A stretch of 64,000 bases of DNA from positions 448,001 to 512,000 of the forward strand of contig CBDCMT010000001.1 in the NCBI GenBank assembly GCA_965219095.1, given 5' to 3'. The number at the start of each line of letters is the position of its first letter. Position 1 is the stretch's first letter. The notes under the pieces are model-generated. The model was given only the letters and a program-made list of their open reading frames with translations, was not told the origin of the DNA and made no database searches. This document shows positions 28,955-40,012 of this stretch, one piece after another. The translations under genes and the position numbers were made by a program. The stretch comes from Bdellovibrionales bacterium. GTDB lineage: Bacteria; Bdellovibrionota; Bdellovibrionia; Bdellovibrionales; UBA1609.

Positions 28955-30647
28955 CCTGAGTTCGTGCTCAAAAATGTACACTACAGACGGACGTTTTTTT
29001 GACAAGACTTTTTCCAATAGATCTTAGTATTTTTTCTTGAACTTTATTCAAAGCTACTGTTTTGATAAGTCTAGTTTTATTTTTTCGGTCATAAAGATAG
29101 ACATTATACATGCTACCGAGTTCTTCAAGAGCTTCCTCTGGAGACATCTGCATCTTTTCAAGCTTCATTTTTAGAATTGAAAGTATCAGACAAGATAAAT
29201 AGCATATAAAGACATGTGATTGAACTCTGTTGTAAAGCCAATGACGAATTGGTCTCAAATTTGTTATTCCCTTTAAGGTCCTAAAAAATTTTTCGATTAC
29301 CTCTTTCTTATAGTACAAATTAACAATATCTTTTGCAGAGATCTTTTTTGTAGAAAATATACAAGAGTAACCATCAAACTCAGATTCTAAATTCAACCGA
29401 TCTCTCCTTAATCTTCCTGTTGGAGTAAGGTATTTTTCCAAACCTGGTTTTATATTTTTAGACAAAAGAATTTGTGCGTTTGCAATTTCGTCCAAACGAG
29501 ATTCTCTTATATCTAAAGCTCTCCTTTGATTGTAACAAACAACTAAACGTCCTTTGATTTTTCCAACATTGTGATTAATGCTCTGAGCATACAAGGTACC
29601 ACTTGATAACCTGATGCGATGGGATACATCAACAATAGAGTCTAGCCTTATCATTTTTCTAATCACATCCTTCTCTTTTTTTCTGAGAGCAATCCCACAA
29701 AGCGTATTCCAGCCCAATTCATTGATTTCATTGAGGTTTCTCTCTGAAAAAATGCCTCTGTCGTAAACAAACATTCCTCCACTTAGTCCATAGTTTGCAA
29801 ATCCATCGGATAAACTTAGTAGAGTCCTGCTATCGTGTATGTTTCCACTAAAAGTTTTATGAAACACTGGTATTCCTTCTTTTTGAGTTGTCACCAAACC
29901 AATTTGAATCAAAGGATTTCCACGTTTCCCATCCTTACTCTTTCCTAATTTTCCAAGCTGACATTTGCTACCATAAAGGTATGTATTGGTAACATCGTAC
30001 ACCAACCCTTTTAGCTCAAGATTGTACCTTTTCTGAACACCTTGAAATATTTTCTTCTGTAAATTTTCTGGATCACTCTCTAAAGAATCTAGAGCAGAAA
30101 GCAAACGACTTTCGGTTAGATCCTCTAAATTTAGCAAAGTGTTTAAATCTGTTCTCTCATACCATTTTGGCATTTTTCTAAGGCTTTTGTAATCTAAACA
30201 GTGAGCATAGACCATGCTTAATATTTCATTGGAGTATTGGCCAAGAGATTTTTGCAAATCTATTTCCCTAGCTATTTTATCTAAAACAAGCAAAGGACCA
30301 TAAACCTTGACCTTTTCTATTTCAAGATCAGATGAACTCATTGAAATTACAGTTTCACCATTCTCTTCCTTCCCGATGTACCGAATATGCTTTTGGATAA
30401 CTTTTCCATCAACCCTTTTGTTCTCTACTTCTGCAAGATATGTTACCTTTCCTCTTTTTATTCTTCTGATAAAGCTCATATTTCTCCCTCCTGTAGTGTA
30501 ATATATTACACTACAAAGGAAAATGCAAGGCAAGTTATTTTTTGTGATTTTATCTAAAAATCGAAAATTCCCCTATGAAAACTGAAATTTTTATGGAAAA
30601 TGGGAAATTATAGCTTTGTAGTGTACATTTTTAGTCACGAGTTTAGG
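28955..30647 (-). mobile_element. IS1634-family element with 7-bp TSD
   Basis: CCTGAGTTCGTGCTCAAAAATGTACACTAC and GTAGTGTACATTTTTAGTCACGAGTTTAGG; TAATTTA at 28948-28954 and 30648-30654. Confidence 0.9.
28968..30533 (-). CDS. IS1634-family transposase, intact (likely start MSFIRRIK at 30479)
   Basis: YDVTNTY, GKSKDG, FSGNIHD, YDRG, IEKFFRTLKG. Confidence 0.9.
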   Translation of the reverse strand: MPCIFLCSVIYYTTGGRNMSFIRRIKRGKVTYLAEVENKRVDGKVIQKHIRYIGKEENGETVISMSSSDLEIEKVKVYGPLLVLDKIAREIDLQKSLGQYSNEILSMVYAHCLDYKSLRKMPKWYERTDLNTLLNLEDLTESRLLSALDSLESDPENLQKKIFQGVQKRYNLELKGLVYDVTNTYLYGSKCQLGKLGKSKDGKRGNPLIQIGLVTTQKEGIPVFHKTFSGNIHDSRTLLSLSDGFANYGLSGGMFVYDRGIFSERNLNEINELGWNTLCGIALRKKEKDVIRKMIRLDSIVDVSHRIRLSSGTLYAQSINHNVGKIKGRLVVCYNQRRALDIRESRLDEIANAQILLSKNIKPGLEKYLTPTGRLRRDRLNLESEFDGYSCIFSTKKISAKDIVNLYYKKEVIEKFFRTLKGITNLRPIRHWLYNRVQSHVFICYLSCLILSILKMKLEKMQMSPEEALEELGSMYNVYLYDRKNKTRLIKTVALNKVQEKILRSIGKSLVKKTSVCSVHF

Positions 30648-31980
30648 TAATTTAGGCCTGTGTTTTCGTATTCCTCTAAAAAATTGACTTAAACTTCCCT
30701 TGAAATCGTCATAGTTTTCATAATATCGATTCGCTGTGACCTCTTTTTTCATAAACTTCCAAAGCCTTTCTATAGGATTTAAATTCAGTGAGTACGGAGG
30801 AAGATAAATAAGTTTTATATTCAACTCTTTCGCTAACTTCTTGACAGACTTCGATCTATTGTATCCGGCCCCATCTAAGATAAGATAAATCTCTTTTTCA
30901 TCGGAATACTTCTTAATGAATATGATAGAGCATATCACATAGAAAAACTTCGTTAACTGTCTTATAACTCCTGACTACCGTCTTCAAACTATTGATCTCA
31001 ATAGCTCCACAAACATTCACTCTTTTTCTCCAGCCTGAATTGGTCTTCACTTCAAACTTCTTACCCTCTCTTATCCAACCATATGAAATCGTAGGGCCCC
31101 ACTCAGGATGTGTGGAATCAGCAAAGTAAACAGGACCGTCTTTCTTCTTAATTCTCTTGTATTTACGCACAAACTTTTTCTGCTCTTCTCTCTTTGCCTT
31201 ACCCGGTATCGCTGTGGCTTTTTTATAAGAAAAACCAAGGCGATGGAGAAGATCAATTACACCACTTGTTGAGTACGTAACACCAAAATTCTCCTCAATG
31301 AACTGAATAACGGTCTGTGATGATGGAAAAATTCTTTTTTCTAACTCCTTTAAAAGCATTTTCTCCTCTTTCTTAGTTAAAAAGGACCTTTTAGGGTTGT
31401 AATTGTCGTTGATTAAGCACTCTATCCCACCTTTGTTATAACGATCTCTACAGGCTCTTATCGTGCCCTCATCAATGAAAAGAAAACGGGAAATATCTTT
31501 ACACAACTCACCTTTATCTAAATGGAGAATTGTCATAATCCTTTTTACGTATTTAAGATTTTTCTCTAGAGATAGTTCATAGAGTAAATCTTTTCGCTCT
31601 TTTTTTGATAGAAACCCTGACATATGAAACTATTTTTAAAAATAAATGACTTTTTATCAAGGCCTTAGAATAAAAACTAGACCTCAACTCAAAAAAAACA
31701 GAAAACCTAAGCGGAAGCACTATATGTATCTTTAGGAGTTCGTTAATAATGCTACGAACCTGAGGAAGTGTTATATTTTTTAGTTTTTTTAACTCTGAAT
31801 ATCTCACACTCACCCCCTCCTGAGGTATCTTTGAGCCTATATAGCACAACTTAATTCACTTGCCAAAGTAGTACTAGAATACCTTTAATATTTGTAGAGA
31901 AGAAAACGTTAGAAGCATAAACTCTGTTGAATTTTTACCCTTTGACTCAGAGTTACGTGATGGTATTTATTCATGTGCAA

Positions 31981-32016
<36 letters not shown>

Positions 32017-32305
32017 TGTTCATTTTCTTATGGAATAATCATAAGTTAGAGAAGATTGTCACACTTGATCCTAGAATGTCCAAGATAACTATCTAATTTC
32101 TCTAGAATAACTTGAAGATAAGTCTAAAAATAACTAAAGAATAGTTTTAGATCAACTCTGTAAATTTTACACAGCCACTAGAAAAGTTGACCTTTTAAGT
32201 CATAAAAGCATATTGTAATCATTTATATTTTCAATTATTATATTTTACATTATAGCAGAGGAAGTCAATAAAAAATAATAGGGTCAATTTTTTAAGGTTA
32301 GTTCT

Positions 32306-33883
32306 ATGTTTCAAAAACGATTTTTTATATTTATTATTTTTTTTACTTGGTTTCATTCTAGTTTTTCTAATAATAAGCTTAATGAAAATAAAGAATCTCG
32401 ATCTTTTTTTATTGAAGATTCTTTAATCTTTCAAATACTGACTAGCTCTCATTCTGTTAATCATTTTTTATCTCAACTCAAAAATAATGTTGGTACAAGG
32501 TATTTTTTGGAAGAAAATTTTATACCTGTATGGAGTTCTTCAAGCTTACAAAAAAGTCAGCCCCACTGTCCTCGAATGCTTATGTATAATAAGACAGGGA
32601 CTCTTATCTTGTCTGTTGTGGATTGCAAAGAACATAGAGAAAAAGGTGGAAACGATATAGAGATTGTGCAATGGAATTCTAGGGAAAAGACTTATGATTT
32701 ATGGTCAGTGAATTATCCTCCATCAGAAGAGACTGTTATAAATCCAAGTTCAAATCTTTTAGCTAATCCACATATTTCTTCTAAGAACCCTCAAAAATGT
32801 ATGAGCTGTCATACAGGGGGAATTGCTATAGGAGTTTATGATCCCTTCTCATTTCCCAACAGTGAAGTAGGTTGGTGGCTTAAAATGTTGAATCAATTTT
32901 ATCGTAAAAAAAACAAACTAAAACGTTATTCTTTTTTTAATTTCAAAGCCCATCTTGAAGGTTATCATGATAAAGTAGGGAATTTTCCTTTAGAAACTCC
33001 TTTATCTCGGTTTAATTTTCTTATTGCTCCTAACAACCATGTCCGCACTATTCACGGAATGAAAATTTTTTTGGATAAAGCTCGCAAAGAAGCCTTTCAA
33101 GAAGAAAGAATTCCTATTTATGATGAGCTAAAATATGCTATTTTAGCAGCTCTAAGTGATTGTTCTAATTACTCTCATATGATCTCTAAAAAAAGTTTTA
33201 ATGAAACTCCCTATACAGAGGAAAAAATTAAAGAAAAAGTAAGAGAAAAAGGAGAGTCTAGGTTATTTCCGAAAGAGAAGAGAGCCTTTCGTCTACATAA
33301 TCACATCCATAAAAGGATTGGAAGTCATAGAGTTTTACGTTCATCTAATCATCCCATCAATACTTTTGAAGAAAAATTTTACAGTTACACACAAGCTCTA
33401 GCTGTTAAGAATATTTACTATGTGTTTCTTTATTACACAAGCTCTAGTTCTGAAGCTTGGACCCATCTCACTACGCCTTCATATGAAAAAAATCTAATGG
33501 GAGTAGAAAAAGCTCTTCTTCTCATTAATTTAAACCCCATTAAAATGAGTTGGCATAGAGCTTGGTCTGCTGCTGAAATTGCAAACAAAATGATAGAAAG
33601 CGATCCTGAACTTCAGGAACTTAAGACAATGCCCAGTAAATCTGATTGGACCGTTCTAGATTATTTAAAAATAAAAAGTGGCCTAATTCCTAAAAATAAA
33701 AATATCAGTCTCTGGAAAAAAGTAAGTCAAATTCCTAGTGATGATTTTGATGAAAAGCAGAAAATCCTTCAAAAAGAAGAAGATGTGTTTAAACACCATT
33801 GTTCTAAAATCCACTCCCTTTATCAAAAAGCTTGTGAAAAGAACAAAGATTTTTTCTGTTACAAATATCAGAAATCGTTATAA
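32306..33883 (+). CDS. Hypothetical exported protein with a single CxxCH motif
   Basis: 525-aa ORF, signal-like N-terminus, NPQKCMSCHTGG. Confidence 0.65.
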   Translation: MFQKRFFIFIIFFTWFHSSFSNNKLNENKESRSFFIEDSLIFQILTSSHSVNHFLSQLKNNVGTRYFLEENFIPVWSSSSLQKSQPHCPRMLMYNKTGTLILSVVDCKEHREKGGNDIEIVQWNSREKTYDLWSVNYPPSEETVINPSSNLLANPHISSKNPQKCMSCHTGGIAIGVYDPFSFPNSEVGWWLKMLNQFYRKKNKLKRYSFFNFKAHLEGYHDKVGNFPLETPLSRFNFLIAPNNHVRTIHGMKIFLDKARKEAFQEERIPIYDELKYAILAALSDCSNYSHMISKKSFNETPYTEEKIKEKVREKGESRLFPKEKRAFRLHNHIHKRIGSHRVLRSSNHPINTFEEKFYSYTQALAVKNIYYVFLYYTSSSSEAWTHLTTPSYEKNLMGVEKALLLINLNPIKMSWHRAWSAAEIANKMIESDPELQELKTMPSKSDWTVLDYLKIKSGLIPKNKNISLWKKVSQIPSDDFDEKQKILQKEEDVFKHHCSKIHSLYQKACEKNKDFFCYKYQKSL

Positions 33884-33889
33884 GTCTAT

Positions 33890-33931
33890 TATACCAATTA
33901 CAGAAATTAATTCGACGGTAAATCAAAAAGA
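33890..33931. mobile_element. Orphan half of the IS630-C MITE
   Basis: TATACCAATTACAGAAATTAATTCGACGGTAAATCAAAAAG is identical to the start of 44426-44518. Confidence 0.8.
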
Positions 33932-34197
33932 CAGGTCACTGGTTTAAGCCATGATAGTGACCCTAAAGTACTTGCAGAAGGAGGTGAACTTGTCGAGACA
34001 AATTCTAAACCCTTTAGCTGGCCTGGTTTTTAAGGCCTCAAAGGGTGTTTTCCCTTTTTTTCGATTAAGCCTGTGTTTTTGTGAAGGCTTACTCGAAAAA
34101 AAGGAAAAAGTAAAAAAAAGATGTAAAAACAGATTCTTTTGAAATAATAACCGGTCTTTTTTTAAAAAAAGTTTTTCATAATCATTAGCCATTAAAA

Positions 34198-35358
34198 CTA
34201 TCTTTTTAAAGCCTTAGGATTTACAGCTGTTTGTAGTCCGTCTCCTATAAAATTAAAGGCAATAACTAAAATAAAGATCATAAGTCCTGGAAAGATCGCT
34301 AAAAAAGGAGCTTCGTAAATGATCTCTTGTGCATTAAAAAGCATGCGTCCCCAACTAGGAGTAGGAGGTTGTATCCCTAATCCTAGAAAGCTTAGGGCTG
34401 CTTCTAACAAAATCACTTGTCCTACGCTTAGAGTAATAGCAACGACAAGGGGAGCTAGGACATTAGGTAAAAGATGATGAATTAAAATATGTGTTTGAGA
34501 GGCCCCTAGAGTTTGTGATACAAGAATAAAGTCTCTTTGCTTTAGAGTTAAAACTTCACTTCTTACAATTCTAGCTACCGTCATCCAAGAAAAAAGACAG
34601 AGAATAAGGATCATTTTAAAAATACTCTCATTTTGAGTGAACCCAGACAAGAAAGAAATTTTACTTAAATCTATAGCTGAAACAAAAATCAAGAGAGGAA
34701 TTTGCGGTATGGATAAGAAAGCATCAGTAAATCTCATAAGGAGGTTATCTAAAAGACCTTTCGATAAGCCTGCAAACACTCCTATTAAAAGCCCTATAAA
34801 AGCTGAAAATAAAGTTACACAAAGGGCAACGCCTATAGAGACCCTTGAACCATAAATAAGACGGATGAAAACATCTCTACCTAATTCATCTGTTCCTAAA
34901 AGGTGAAAGGTTGTAAAATTATGCTTTAAAGACAAAAGGGGTTGTAGTGCTTTATATTGAAGAGCTTTTTTAAAAAAGCTCTCCTCCTCTAAGTTTGTCA
35001 TGAATGTAAAAATGTCTTTTTCAGTTCCAGAGGGTTTTATAAGATTTGTTTTTCTTAATTCAGAAAGGAGAACTTTGACTTTATTGGGATTTCTGAAAAG
35101 AAAGTCTCTAATTTTTTTTTCTTTTTTCTCTTTTGAGATCTCTAAGGTAGTAAAAGGTTTCCTATAGCGTTCAAAAACATTTTGTTCATGGGGGTTAAGC
35201 CCTGTGACATGAGAGATCTGATAAGCTCCTAAAGCCATGATTATAAAGAAAGCTACAATGATAAGGCTTATGGTAGCTAGTTTATGGCCTAAAAACTGCT
35301 CTGCCATAAGAGAGAGTAAGGATTTCGAAAAATGCTTGTTTACTTTCTTATTTTTCAT
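34198..35358 (-). CDS. oppC: Oligopeptide/dipeptide ABC permease (OppC/DppC-like)
   Basis: LLGTDELGRD, EAALSFLGLG, PSWG. Confidence 0.88.
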   Translation of the reverse strand: MKNKKVNKHFSKSLLSLMAEQFLGHKLATISLIIVAFFIIMALGAYQISHVTGLNPHEQNVFERYRKPFTTLEISKEKKEKKIRDFLFRNPNKVKVLLSELRKTNLIKPSGTEKDIFTFMTNLEEESFFKKALQYKALQPLLSLKHNFTTFHLLGTDELGRDVFIRLIYGSRVSIGVALCVTLFSAFIGLLIGVFAGLSKGLLDNLLMRFTDAFLSIPQIPLLIFVSAIDLSKISFLSGFTQNESIFKMILILCLFSWMTVARIVRSEVLTLKQRDFILVSQTLGASQTHILIHHLLPNVLAPLVVAITLSVGQVILLEAALSFLGLGIQPPTPSWGRMLFNAQEIIYEAPFLAIFPGLMIFILVIAFNFIGDGLQTAVNPKALKR

Positions 35359-35374
35359 TTTTATGTTTCATTAA

Positions 35375-36340
35375 TTAGTAAGTAATTCTTGGGTCTAAAA
35401 AAGCATAAATTATATCGACTATTAAACTTACAATTAAGACCATGGATACAGAGATCATAAAGCTGACCATAGCTAAGTTATAGTCGTTTCCTATAATGGC
35501 TTGATAGATCAAGTAGCCCACACCTTGATAAGAGAAAACAGTTTCTGTAATGATAGAACCAGAGAAGATAAAAGAAAAATTAACTCCTATGACAGTGACG
35601 ATGGGCAAAAGAGCGTTTCTTAGTTGATGTTTTAAAATAATGTTGATAGGACGGATTCCTTTAGCTCTTGCTGTCCTTACAAAGTCAGCTTTTAAAATCT
35701 CTAACATAGCCCCTCTTATGTAACGTACAAAAGAGCCTACTTGTAAAAGAGTTAGGGAAAGTACAGGTAAAACAAGGTAATACACCCTATCTTTAAAAGC
35801 TCCATAGCCTACAAGATTTTCTCCTAGGGTTTGTGTCCCTCCTGCAGGAAGCCATTTAAGCCATACACCAAAGATGATAATCAGTAAAATGGCTAAAAAG
35901 AAAGAAGGAATGGAAATGCCAGCAAAGGAAAATAAATTGATTACATAATCTATATTTTTACCATTTTTAAGACTGGCCCAGACCCCTAAGGGGAAAGCCA
36001 TAAGAACGGCTAAAATAAGAGCTGACATGGAAAGGTAAAAAGTGTTCAAAAGGCGATCCCATATGATATTTTCTACAGGAATTTGATAGGTTCTTGAGTA
36101 CCCTAGGTCTCCTGAGAGAATGTTTTTAAGCCAGCTGAAGTAACGTAAATAAGAGGGTCTATCTAGTCCATAAATTTTTTTTAATCTTGCAATATCCTCT
36201 GAGGTGATTTTGGGGTTGCTACTGATAAGAATGTCAAGAGGATCTCCTGGCATAAGAAGAAGCAAATAGTAGCAAAAAAAAGACAATAAGAAGATTGTTA
36301 AAATAATTTGTAAAAACCTTCTTATCAAATAGGTTTTCAC
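35375..36340 (-). CDS. oppB: Oligopeptide/dipeptide ABC permease (OppB/DppB-like)
   Basis: MPGDP, GDLGYS, FVRTARAKG, ETVF, DPRI. Confidence 0.88.
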   Translation of the reverse strand: MKTYLIRRFLQIILTIFLLSFFCYYLLLLMPGDPLDILISSNPKITSEDIARLKKIYGLDRPSYLRYFSWLKNILSGDLGYSRTYQIPVENIIWDRLLNTFYLSMSALILAVLMAFPLGVWASLKNGKNIDYVINLFSFAGISIPSFFLAILLIIIFGVWLKWLPAGGTQTLGENLVGYGAFKDRVYYLVLPVLSLTLLQVGSFVRYIRGAMLEILKADFVRTARAKGIRPINIILKHQLRNALLPIVTVIGVNFSFIFSGSIITETVFSYQGVGYLIYQAIIGNDYNLAMVSFMISVSMVLIVSLIVDIIYAFLDPRITY

Positions 36341-38061
36341 CTTGTTTCAAACCTCCAGCTTTCAATGAAGTTTGTAGGGCTAAACTGATTTCCATTTAGA
36401 GCATAACCTGTAAGTCCTGTAGGTGTAACACTAATGTCTGATCGGTAATAAAGGGGGATTACAGGAACTTCGTCTGTATAATAGTAAAGAATTTTGTGAG
36501 AGATTTCCTTTCTTTTGTTAAAATCGAATTCAAGTTCAAGTTGATCGATTAAACGATCCACCTCTTTATGAGACCATTTAGGATAGTTTTGTCCTGAAAA
36601 GCCATTTTGAGAAGAAGGAATACTTTTTGAATGAAGTTGTGAACGAGGACTACTTTCAGGAGATGATAGCCAAGCGTACATTGTTAAAGTAGGCTTATCT
36701 TTAAGCCGTCTTTTAATAGTTGCACCAAAAAAAACTTTAGCGACTTCATTTTTTATTTGCACATCGATACCCACTTCTTTCCATTCTTTTTGTAAAAACA
36801 CTTCTACTAGTTCACGGGTTTTATCACCTGCTGTACTCATAATAGTGAGGTTTAATTTTTTGCCGTTTCTGTAACGATAAGAATCCTTTCCTAAATGCCA
36901 GCCAGCTTCATCGAGAAGCTTTTTCGCTTTTTTCTTTGAAGTGGGATAAAGAACAATCTTGCTGGAATCCTTTGTAAACCAAGGATCATTAGGGGAGAGG
37001 TTATGGATTGCTTTTTGCTGAATGTTGTCAAAGAGAGCTTTTGTTAACTGATCTCTATCGATAGAATAAACAAGAGCTTTTCTTAACTTTTTATTTTTTA
37101 AAATAGGATTCGTTAAGTTCAAATCAATATGCTCATAAATCAAACTGGAGCGGATATTAACATTGTAGGGTAGGTTATTTTTAGCGACTTTCTTTTTAAA
37201 CTGTAAAGCTTGGTCGAGTTTAAAACCTATAAAAGAAAGCATATCAATGGTGTTTGAACGTAAGTTGGCTTCAAGAGTTGCTGTGTTAGGGATGATTTTG
37301 ATGATGATTTTTTTAAAATAAGGTTTTTTGCCATAGAAATGGGGATTTTCTTCCACAGTCACATGGCTTCCCCGTTTCATTTCTGTAATTTTATAAGGAC
37401 CGTTATAAAGACCTGGTTGCGTATAATCAGAAGCGTATTTTGAGTTTTTAGAATAACCTTCTGGTTTTTTTCCATACTTCTTTACAATTTCTTCTTCCAT
37501 ATGCTGAGGTAAAAGACGAAATTGTCCAAGTTGGTTATAATCCCATTTTGCTTTTTTAAAGAAAAAAGTGAATTTTTTAGAATTGGTCGGGGCTACAAAT
37601 ATTTTTTCTATTTGAGAATAAAGCTCCCTTTCCCCAATAGCAACAGTATCTAAAAGTGCTGTCTTCCAAGTAAATACCACATCATGACCTGTTACAGGAG
37701 TCCCATCACCCCACTTAATCTCATCTAGAATTTCAAAATGAGCTTTGATTTTTTTAACCCCTTCTTCATAGAAAAATTCAGCCTTTTTATTCTTTAACGT
37801 GGGGATTTGTTTGATGATTTGAGGGACCCATTCGTTTTGAGAGTTTAAAACCATAAGTCCTCGGTTCACCATAGCACTGATGTAAGTGGCTGCGGACATT
37901 TGCATGAGAATAGGATTCATGCTGTCAAACTCTTGGGTAATGCCAATTCGTAAGACATTATGTTGTTGAGCTTTTACTTTGATGGCTTGAGAGTCTTCTT
38001 TTTGAGAAGACGTACAGGCTATAAAACTCAAAAATATTAGTAATGGTATGATTTTTTTCAT
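36337..38061 (-). CDS. oppA: Peptide ABC substrate-binding lipoprotein (family 5)
   Basis: MKKIIPLLIFLSFIAC lipobox with RBS; KWGDGTPVT, NGPY, VPVIPLY. Confidence 0.88.
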   Translation of the reverse strand: MKKIIPLLIFLSFIACTSSQKEDSQAIKVKAQQHNVLRIGITQEFDSMNPILMQMSAATYISAMVNRGLMVLNSQNEWVPQIIKQIPTLKNKKAEFFYEEGVKKIKAHFEILDEIKWGDGTPVTGHDVVFTWKTALLDTVAIGERELYSQIEKIFVAPTNSKKFTFFFKKAKWDYNQLGQFRLLPQHMEEEIVKKYGKKPEGYSKNSKYASDYTQPGLYNGPYKITEMKRGSHVTVEENPHFYGKKPYFKKIIIKIIPNTATLEANLRSNTIDMLSFIGFKLDQALQFKKKVAKNNLPYNVNIRSSLIYEHIDLNLTNPILKNKKLRKALVYSIDRDQLTKALFDNIQQKAIHNLSPNDPWFTKDSSKIVLYPTSKKKAKKLLDEAGWHLGKDSYRYRNGKKLNLTIMSTAGDKTRELVEVFLQKEWKEVGIDVQIKNEVAKVFFGATIKRRLKDKPTLTMYAWLSSPESSPRSQLHSKSIPSSQNGFSGQNYPKWSHKEVDRLIDQLELEFDFNKRKEISHKILYYYTDEVPVIPLYYRSDISVTPTGLTGYALNGNQFSPTNFIESWRFETR

Positions 38062-38081
38062 TTTTTCCTCCTTTTTTATTT

Positions 38082-39044
38082 TTATTTGTTGAGTAAACAT
38101 GCTGATTGATGCTTTGGTTTTATTGTTTTGAGTTGTGGTATTTCTTTTTCACATTGTTTTATTTTTTCAGGACAGCGAGTATGAAATACACAACCTCTAG
38201 GTATATCAACAGGACTGGGTACATCTCCTTTTAAAAGTTGCCTGTGGAAAATTTTTCCTGTACCTAAACGAGGCATAGCTTTTAATAGGGCTTTGCTATA
38301 AGGATGGAGTGTTTCAGAAAAGAAACTCTTTTCGGAAGATAACTCCATAACTTTTCCTAAATACATAACAGCAATATCATCACACATATGTTTTATAACA
38401 GAAAGATCATGAGAAATGAAGATAAAAGATAAGTTGAGACCCTCCTGTAAATTTTTAAGAAGATTTAAAATCTGAGCTTGAATGGATACATCTAAGGCAC
38501 TTACAGGTTCATCACAAATGATGATTTCCGGCTTCAAGGCAATGGCTCTTGCAATACCGATTCTCTGCTTTTGACCTCCTGAAAATTCATGAGGATAACG
38601 GTTAAGAGAGTAAGCGTTTAAACCCACAAGCTCTAAAAGTTTCACCACTTCGTCTTTTCTTTGCTGATAGGAGCCAATTTTATGGATTTTAAGAGGCTCT
38701 TCAATAATATATCCCACTGTCATGCGGGGGTTCAATGATCCTGCAGGATTTTGAAAGATCATTTGCATTTTCTTTTTTAAAGCTGTTCTTTCTAAAGGAC
38801 TCATTGAAAAGATGTCTTCTCCTCGATAAAGAATTTCCCCTTCTGTGGGTTGGTAAATTTGAGAAATCACACGAGCAAGAGTGGATTTTCCACAACCACT
38901 CTCTCCTACAATTCCTAAAGTTTTACTTTCCTTCAATGAAAGACTTACATCATTAACTGCTTTTACCCATCCTGTGGTTTTAGAAAAAAAACCTGATTTG
39001 ACAGGAAAGAATTTTTTAAGCCTTTTTATTTCTAGAATATTCAT
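38082..39044 (-). CDS. oppF: Peptide ABC ATPase (OppF-like)
   Basis: GESGCGKST, FSGGQKQR, DEPVSALD, C-terminal Cys cluster. Confidence 0.9.
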   Translation of the reverse strand: MNILEIKRLKKFFPVKSGFFSKTTGWVKAVNDVSLSLKESKTLGIVGESGCGKSTLARVISQIYQPTEGEILYRGEDIFSMSPLERTALKKKMQMIFQNPAGSLNPRMTVGYIIEEPLKIHKIGSYQQRKDEVVKLLELVGLNAYSLNRYPHEFSGGQKQRIGIARAIALKPEIIICDEPVSALDVSIQAQILNLLKNLQEGLNLSFIFISHDLSVIKHMCDDIAVMYLGKVMELSSEKSFFSETLHPYSKALLKAMPRLGTGKIFHRQLLKGDVPSPVDIPRGCVFHTRCPEKIKQCEKEIPQLKTIKPKHQSACLLNK

Positions 39045-40012
39045 GCCTTTCCTCTATGAAAACAAGCTACTGAGTGAGTGTCGGTGATTTTTTCTAAAGG
39101 AGGAAGAGAGTGGCATAAAGAGCTTTTTTTAGGACATCTGTTTTGAAAGGGACAGCCTTTAATTTCTTCAAACAAGGAGGGGACTTGTCCTTTGATAGTG
39201 AAGAGTTTTTTAGCTTTAGCTTTGTTGATATGGGGAATGGATTCTAAAAGAGCTATAGTATAAGGATGTTGAGGGGAGTTAAAAATCTCATCTGTAGTGG
39301 AAATTTCACAAGCTCTTCCTGCATACATCACCAAAACTCTATCAGCGATTTCTGATATCACACCTAAATCATGGGTTATAAACTGAATGGATGTGTTTTG
39401 CGTTTTTTGTAAATTTTGGATGAGTTCTAAAATTTGAGCCTGAATGGTTACATCTAAGGCTGTAGTAGGTTCATCAGCAATGAGGAGTTCTGGATTGGAT
39501 AGAAAAGCCATAGCAATCATAGCCCTTTGTCTCATACCACCTGAAAGTTGGTGAGGGTAGTTATCATATCTTTTTAAAGGATCGGGAAGCCCTACTTTAT
39601 TGATCATATCCACTACCCGATCTTTGAGTTCTGAAGGCTTCAGAGAGGAACGTTCTTGAAGCCCTTCTCCTATTTGCTTTCCAATAGTCATTACAGGGTT
39701 TAAGGCTGTCATAGGCTCTTGAAAGATCATAGACATCTTTTTCCCTCTTAGTTTGTTTCTTTGTTTTTCTGTCATAGAAAGCAAATTCTTTTTTTGGAAC
39801 AAGATTTTTCCCTTTGTGATCTCACCTGGCTCTTCTAAAAGACCCATCACAGAAAGAGAGGCAACCGATTTTCCACAACCGCTCTCTCCTACAATTCCTA
39901 ACAACTCCCCTTTTTGAATGTTGTAGGAAAGGTCCTTTACAGCATGGAGATCTCCAAGTTTGGTGTGAAAGGTTGTTCGTAGCTGAAATACTTCAAGAAC
40001 AGCTTCACTCAT
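39041..40012 (-). CDS. oppD: Peptide ABC ATPase (OppD-like)
   Basis: GESGCGKS, LSGGMRQR, DEPTTALD; ATG 40012 overlaps the upstream TGA. Confidence 0.9.
   Translation of the reverse strand: MSEAVLEVFQLRTTFHTKLGDLHAVKDLSYNIQKGELLGIVGESGCGKSVASLSVMGLLEEPGEITKGKILFQKKNLLSMTEKQRNKLRGKKMSMIFQEPMTALNPVMTIGKQIGEGLQERSSLKPSELKDRVVDMINKVGLPDPLKRYDNYPHQLSGGMRQRAMIAMAFLSNPELLIADEPTTALDVTIQAQILELIQNLQKTQNTSIQFITHDLGVISEIADRVLVMYAGRACEISTTDEIFNSPQHPYTIALLESIPHINKAKAKKLFTIKGQVPSLFEEIKGCPFQNRCPKKSSLCHSLPPLEKITDTHSVACFHRGKA

Larger units (their letters stand above)
28884..31724 (-). mobile_element. IS630 species B, interrupted by IS1634; transposase fragments 30913-31623 and 30655-30938
   Basis: Same ends as 19102-20242, TA on both sides. 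Confidence 0.9.
28800..31877 (-). mobile_element. Internally deleted IS701-like element (about 240 bp) hosting nested IS630-B and IS1634
   Basis: CTAG-CACCACTTTGGCAAGT and ACTTGCCAAAGTAGTA-CTAG ends; flanks rejoin as ITLPQVRSIINELLKIHICPKCQH. Confidence 0.72.

Noticed and set aside
33944..34192. Small ORFs downstream of oppC
   Set aside because: Low-complexity and located in probable IS debris; no motif support.
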